Assembly (NCBI GenBank): GCA_965221695.1
Contig: OZ244905.1
Coordinates: 3,328,001-3,392,000 of the forward strand
DNA from: Gammaproteobacteria bacterium
GTDB taxonomy: Bacteria > Pseudomonadota > Gammaproteobacteria > Eutrophobiales > Eutrophobiaceae
DNA length: 64,000 nt
Direction of reading: 5' to 3'
Shown here: one piece after another, positions 59,693 to 64,000 of the stretch
How the letters are laid out: each line of letters begins with the position of its first letter
Numbering within the stretch: position 1 is the first letter of the stretch
The notes under the pieces: generated by a model
Seen by the model: only the letters and a program-made list of their open reading frames with translations
The model's database searches: none
Told to the model about the DNA's origin: nothing
Made by a program: the position numbers and the translations under genes

Positions 59693-60961
59693 TCACAACA
59701 ATGTAAAATCTGCTGAAAGCTTCGTCCAGTGGTCTCTCAGGACTTCCTTGTGCGGCTCATGCATGGGCAGGTCCCGCAACATGCCCGGCCACAGGTCTCG
59801 GGCTGCTGCCAGCGAATCAAGCAAATGCGTTCTCACAGCCGGCCACGGGACGTCTATCCGCTTACTCCAGGCTTGGAAATGTTCCAGGTTTATGGCATGC
59901 CATTTTTTCTGCTTACCAAGGTTTAACGCGATACCGGTTTCGCTCGGGACGTATGGCAGCGTCGACACGATATCGTAGGCAGGCGCCAGTTTCGTGTGTA
60001 CAGTGTCGGGATAAACCAGGGTCCAGTTCTTCAAGTGGGCATCGCCGTTGGCCAGCAGCACATTCACCAGCAGCCGGCGGGCCATCTGCTGGATATCTCC
60101 CAACCCATCCTCGCTGTAACGGTATAATGCCATGCCGACCTGTTCATAATTGCTCTTCCCGTACTTCTGATGGGGAAAAAACTCGAATACCTGCGCGAAG
60201 TCTTCCGTATGGATACGCCCCTGGGAGCTGCGGTCAAAACGGCGGATGACGTAGGCATGAGGCTCGTCCGGTAATTGGATTGCCGGAAGGTTCTCCAGTG
60301 TTTCCATTGAAATCAAATCTATCTCAGGGATTTGCACGCCTGCGGATTCAGCCAGTTTCATCGCGCTGTATTCATTTTCCGGCACATTACGGTGCAGCGT
60401 GGAAGGTGTTTTGACAATCCAGTCGTCAGTCCCGACCTTTGCGCTGATGTTATAGCGCCGGTCTCGCCAGGTAGTGGAAAATTTCATTTGCATCCCGGCC
60501 AGTGAAAACTTTTGCGCAACTGCGTGGGCATCAATTTGAACTGTCTGCGTCCTGCTCCTCGCAGACAATGACCATTCCGGAATCTCACCCGCGGGCACAG
60601 GCGCTGCAATGATGGCGCCGGGCAGGTTGTTTCCAACCCATGCCAGCAAAGGGAATTCGTTCTCCGGATGAATTCTCAATGCTTCGGATAACAGTTCCCG
60701 TAGAGCGCCTTCCGGCAACAGGTTGGACAGCACGGCCGGGATTCGTTGTGAACTGACCAGCGCCTTGTCCAGGTAGTTGGAGTTTGCTCTTTGGGTCAGC
60801 GTCATCGTGGGCCGGTCCTGTTCACGCAAAGCCTTGTAGTCCGGATCAAAGGTCAGGATATTTTTCCCGCCGGTGTGATGGGTGAGTATCCCAACCTTGC
60901 GCCCGTGCAAGGTCAGTTGCAACGCTTCAACAGATTCCATTTGCCCATTAATTTGCGACAT
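59693..60961 (-). CDS. hipA: HipA-family kinase toxin
   Basis: N-terminal coupling domain NLLPEG, FSLAGMQMK, RFDR, HTEDF, NGDAHLKN, LAPAYD. Confidence 0.93.
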   Translation of the reverse strand: MSQINGQMESVEALQLTLHGRKVGILTHHTGGKNILTFDPDYKALREQDRPTMTLTQRANSNYLDKALVSSQRIPAVLSNLLPEGALRELLSEALRIHPENEFPLLAWVGNNLPGAIIAAPVPAGEIPEWSLSARSRTQTVQIDAHAVAQKFSLAGMQMKFSTTWRDRRYNISAKVGTDDWIVKTPSTLHRNVPENEYSAMKLAESAGVQIPEIDLISMETLENLPAIQLPDEPHAYVIRRFDRSSQGRIHTEDFAQVFEFFPHQKYGKSNYEQVGMALYRYSEDGLGDIQQMARRLLVNVLLANGDAHLKNWTLVYPDTVHTKLAPAYDIVSTLPYVPSETGIALNLGKQKKWHAINLEHFQAWSKRIDVPWPAVRTHLLDSLAAARDLWPGMLRDLPMHEPHKEVLRDHWTKLSADFTLL

Positions 60962-60963
60962 CG

Positions 60964-61296
60964 CTATTCGTCCTCGAATTCAGCCAGTAATGCAGACCAG
61001 GAGGAATCGCTGGCCTGATCCTGCCATTCATCAGCGGTTATGGCATCTAAGTCAAGCCGGCCCGACCGCAGCAAATTTTCCAGTTGTCGAGCTTGTTCGC
61101 GGGGTGCGATCAGCAGTTCCAGCCCCATTCCTTCCAGGACGCGAAAAAGCGTGGAAACCCGTATGTCATGACCCGCCTCAACGCGCTGGTATTGCTGTTG
61201 TGACATGCCGATTTTCATCCGCATATCCGATTGCTTCAATCCCAATTTGCGCCGGTGCTTCCCGATCATGGATGACAGTTCAATCAATGTTTTCAT
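60964..61296 (-). CDS. hipB: HipB-like Xre HTH antitoxin
   Basis: RRKLGLKQ...GMSQQQYQRVEAG; directly upstream of hipA. Confidence 0.85.
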   Translation of the reverse strand: MKTLIELSSMIGKHRRKLGLKQSDMRMKIGMSQQQYQRVEAGHDIRVSTLFRVLEGMGLELLIAPREQARQLENLLRSGRLDLDAITADEWQDQASDSSWSALLAEFEDE

Positions 61297-61328
61297 GGTG
61301 AATCACCGGGCTGCTCCTCAAATACATA

Positions 61329-61357
61329 ATATTAGTTGTTTTATCGGAGATATACAA
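61329..61357 (-). promoter_or_regulatory. Candidate hipBA sigma70 promoter with overlapping imperfect palindrome
   Basis: Minus strand TTGTAT-N17-TAATAT; GTTGT...ACAAC arms. Confidence 0.45.
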
Positions 61358-61441
61358 CAAAAATATTGTAATATCATTGCTCAAAATGTCACAACCCAGC
61401 AGGAAAAAAAGCAAAGCTGAAATCATCCTGATCAGCGCTGA

Positions 61442-61774
61442 CCAGGCCGGGTCAGGACAGACGAATCCGGTAAGTCCGTCATCTCCGAGTTTGCAACGGT
61501 ACAGGTCTTCCGGGATGCCATCCGCGTCACGGTCAGGACCGCCACCGGCCGGACCGACCAGATCAGGGTGCATGCCGGCTTCATCGGTCATCCCCTGGCC
61601 AGTGACGGAAAATACGGAGACTGGGACTTCAACAAGAAACTGCGCGCGCTATGCCTGAAACGCATGTTCCTGCACGCCGGTAAACTGTCCGTGCCGGCAT
61701 TGAGAAAGACCGGAGAATACCGATTCAGCGTGCCGTTGCCGGATGACCTGGCAGAAGTATTAGCGCTATTGTGA
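61442..61774 (+). pseudogene. rluC: 3' remnant of an RluC-like pseudouridine synthase
   Basis: Frame reads GKSVISEF...TGRTDQIRVHAGFIGHPLASDGKYGD..FN..KRMFLHA; in-frame TGA at 61439; catalytic HRLD region absent. Confidence 0.8.
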
Positions 61775-62716
61775 TGCCTTGACGTACTCTGCTACCTGTC
61801 TATGGGTCGCAAACCACACACCTTCGTGCTGTTTCATGTATTTAATCAACTTGTCGTATATGCCAATCCTGGATGCCCGGCCCGAAATATGGGGATGGAG
61901 AATAAACAGCATCATGGTCCCTTCGTCATATAAGGTGTCAAACCCGTCCTTGAAGGATTGAAGCAGATCACCGGGAGTGACAAGTCCGGCAGTAAACGTA
62001 TTCATCGGGTCCAACACAGAATCCTCGAAATTAACATTGCCCGGCAACTCAATTAATTGTATCGGTTCGCCATTAACGGTGAGCGCATGAGGGCTGTCAT
62101 CGGCTGCCAGTCCACTGTCATAGAGAAAACCCAGTTCTTCCAGGATGGAGTGGGTATTTTCACTGTAAACACCAAAAGGCGCACGATAGCCGACCGGTCT
62201 TTGGCCGGTCTGGCTTTCCAGGTAATCCCTGGATTTCTGAATGATATTTTTTTCCTGTTCCCTAGTCATACCGATAACACTTGCATGGATCCAGCCATGT
62301 ACCGCGAACTCATGCCGGCCGGATTGCTTGATCAAGCCGGTCATATCGGGCGCAAGCTGCAGGCTCACGGCAGGGATAAAAAAGGTGGCCGGGACCTCAT
62401 GCCGGTCCAGCAAGGCAAGGATACGTTGCAGGCCTTTCCTGGCGCCGTACTGTTCCATGGACAGGAGCAGGGGATCCGGTGTGCCACCTTGCGATAACGT
62501 ATTCGTTTCATTATCGGCATCAAAGGAAAACAGGACCGCGATCCGGTTGTTGTCAGGCCATTGCGCTGGTTGTAAATCCTGCCCGGCCCTGATTTTGTTA
62601 ACCGTCGCATCAATTTTTTCAGTCGACCATTGCCACGCCGGTTGACTTTCATGCTCTTCTGCCTGAACAGGGAAGGGCAAGATGGTAATGCATAGTAATA
62701 AATATAATATTTTCAT
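61766..62716 (-). CDS. Exported polysaccharide deacetylase family protein (PgdA/PuuE-like)
   Basis: Signal peptide, FSFDAD, ATFFIP, HEFAVHGWIH, GYRAP, LHPHISGR. Confidence 0.88.
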   Translation of the reverse strand: MKILYLLLCITILPFPVQAEEHESQPAWQWSTEKIDATVNKIRAGQDLQPAQWPDNNRIAVLFSFDADNETNTLSQGGTPDPLLLSMEQYGARKGLQRILALLDRHEVPATFFIPAVSLQLAPDMTGLIKQSGRHEFAVHGWIHASVIGMTREQEKNIIQKSRDYLESQTGQRPVGYRAPFGVYSENTHSILEELGFLYDSGLAADDSPHALTVNGEPIQLIELPGNVNFEDSVLDPMNTFTAGLVTPGDLLQSFKDGFDTLYDEGTMMLFILHPHISGRASRIGIYDKLIKYMKQHEGVWFATHRQVAEYVKASQ

Positions 62717-62751
62717 CGTTGAGATTACCCTGGTTGTAAAAACTGATTATT

Positions 62752-64000
62752 TCACAGCACCGTCGTTAGTTCCGATAAAGCCGCAACGCTGTCATAAGTA
62801 TCTAGAGCCAGAACGAACTCTTTTAATCCCTCGGCTTTTTCGGAACCCAGTACCGGTATCGCCATAGCAAGATATTTTTTTATGATCTCTTCTTCGGACA
62901 CTGGAAGCATCGGGGTGCCTCTGGGCGCCGGTGCGGTTTCCTCAAATTTGGCGCCATGGGTAGTCGTAATGACAACCCGCGCTGAAATACGTCGATCCTC
63001 ATTATGAAAAATAGTATCACACGCGCTATCCGGATAGATTTTCACCCGGGACCCGATAGATAATACTGTTTCATCATGGAATAAGTCCTCGTTGAACCAC
63101 CCCGGACCCGGTTGAAGCCCTAACATCACCATCGCTACGCAATAAGGAAGGCTGAACTGGGCATCCACCAGTTCCTGCGGTTCGATTATGTTGAACATCT
63201 CGCTGAGGTCCGTCATGGACCAGACATCGATTTGCGCAACATCCTGATGAGTCAGGCCGTGCCGGTTGACAATATTTTTAATAATATCTAGCGTGGGGTG
63301 GATAAACCAGCAACAGGACCACGTCTTGATACTCGCATCCATAATATAATATTCAGTGCCGAGGCCATGCGTCAGCAAATCAAAATCACACCGATCGGAT
63401 CCCGCCATTCTCCAGAACCCTTGCGAGCCGTCCAGGATGTCCCTGCAGCCAACAAACCCCGCTTCAGCCAGCTCAGTTGAAACCGCCCCAACCTGTGCCG
63501 GCATTGCTACTGCATCCTTGAGCCAGGTCAACGGCCGGTTGTCCCAGCCCCATTTCTGACCGGACGGAACCGGAGCGCTGGCACCGGCGATGCCCAGCGC
63601 GTTCAGGGTTTGTAATTTATTCAACTCTCTGAACTTCGCTGCCGACGTCACTGCGCCGAATGTTTGATTTGTTCCCAGGCCCCATACTTCAGCAAAACGC
63701 GCTGTCGATGGCCATCCGGCTTTCGCTACCCGGCCGCCGACTTCATATCCTGTAATATAACTAAGGAGAAAATGATGCCCGCTTACATCTGTATACTTGC
63801 TCATTGCAAGCAGGGTTCCAATCAGGGTCGAAGACAAATGGCCTGCAGCGCTGCTGTCGTCATAATCCAGTGCGTTGATCAGCGTTGCATTCAGGTATGC
63901 CGATGTGCCGACGCTAACTTTTTCACTACAGCCCAACACCCCTGCATTGCCGGACGAGATTTTTGCAAGCGCCCTTACAGCTGTTTGCCCGAGGACCGAT
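62752..64000 (-). CDS. MmgE/PrpD family protein (5' end outside window)
   Basis: ALDYDD, GYEV, KTWSCC..H, AQFSLPY, PRGTP; frame is open to the window edge. Confidence 0.88.
   Translation of the reverse strand, partial: SVLGQTAVRALAKISSGNAGVLGCSEKVSVGTSAYLNATLINALDYDDSSAAGHLSSTLIGTLLAMSKYTDVSGHHFLLSYITGYEVGGRVAKAGWPSTARFAEVWGLGTNQTFGAVTSAAKFRELNKLQTLNALGIAGASAPVPSGQKWGWDNRPLTWLKDAVAMPAQVGAVSTELAEAGFVGCRDILDGSQGFWRMAGSDRCDFDLLTHGLGTEYYIMDASIKTWSCCWFIHPTLDIIKNIVNRHGLTHQDVAQIDVWSMTDLSEMFNIIEPQELVDAQFSLPYCVAMVMLGLQPGPGWFNEDLFHDETVLSIGSRVKIYPDSACDTIFHNEDRRISARVVITTTHGAKFEETAPAPRGTPMLPVSEEEIIKKYLAMAIPVLGSEKAEGLKEFVLALDTYDSVAALSELTTVL

Overview
This is a 64-kb stretch of a bacterial chromosome, most likely gammaproteobacterial (inferred from the mpl, rppH, rsxE-nth and pyrG-kdsA-eno-ftsB-ispD-ispF genes). 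Housekeeping blocks (gltA-mdh-sucA-sucB-lpd; rppH; dps; mpl-rsxE-nth; pyrG to ispF) alternate with accessory loci. (1) Metal uptake: a MerC-domain gene under a Zur-like box, a CxxC/RSPP leader ORF ahead of a ZnuD-like TonB receptor carrying a ~236-aa His/Asp/Glu loop, and a ZIP transporter. (2) A TonB receptor-TRAP-LysR operon facing a CoA-transferase and a CitE-like lyase. (3) An uncharacterised three-gene MotA/ExbB-type membrane motor module next to an L,D-transpeptidase and a sigma54 two-component system. (4) aapJQM without its ATPase. (5) A ~13-kb catabolic island: racemase, hydantoinase/oxoprolinase, DUF917, TonB receptor, LLM enzyme, Mo-hydroxylase and a MalT-like regulator. (6) hipBA beside an rluC remnant. 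Non-coding structure includes two miniature inverted-repeat element families, degenerate REP-like hairpins and a 117-bp tandem duplication. Several small ORFs fall below the ORF-track cutoff. I saw no rRNA, tRNA, CRISPR array, transposase or integrase. All assignments are by-eye motif recognition, and coordinates outside the ORF track were counted by hand.
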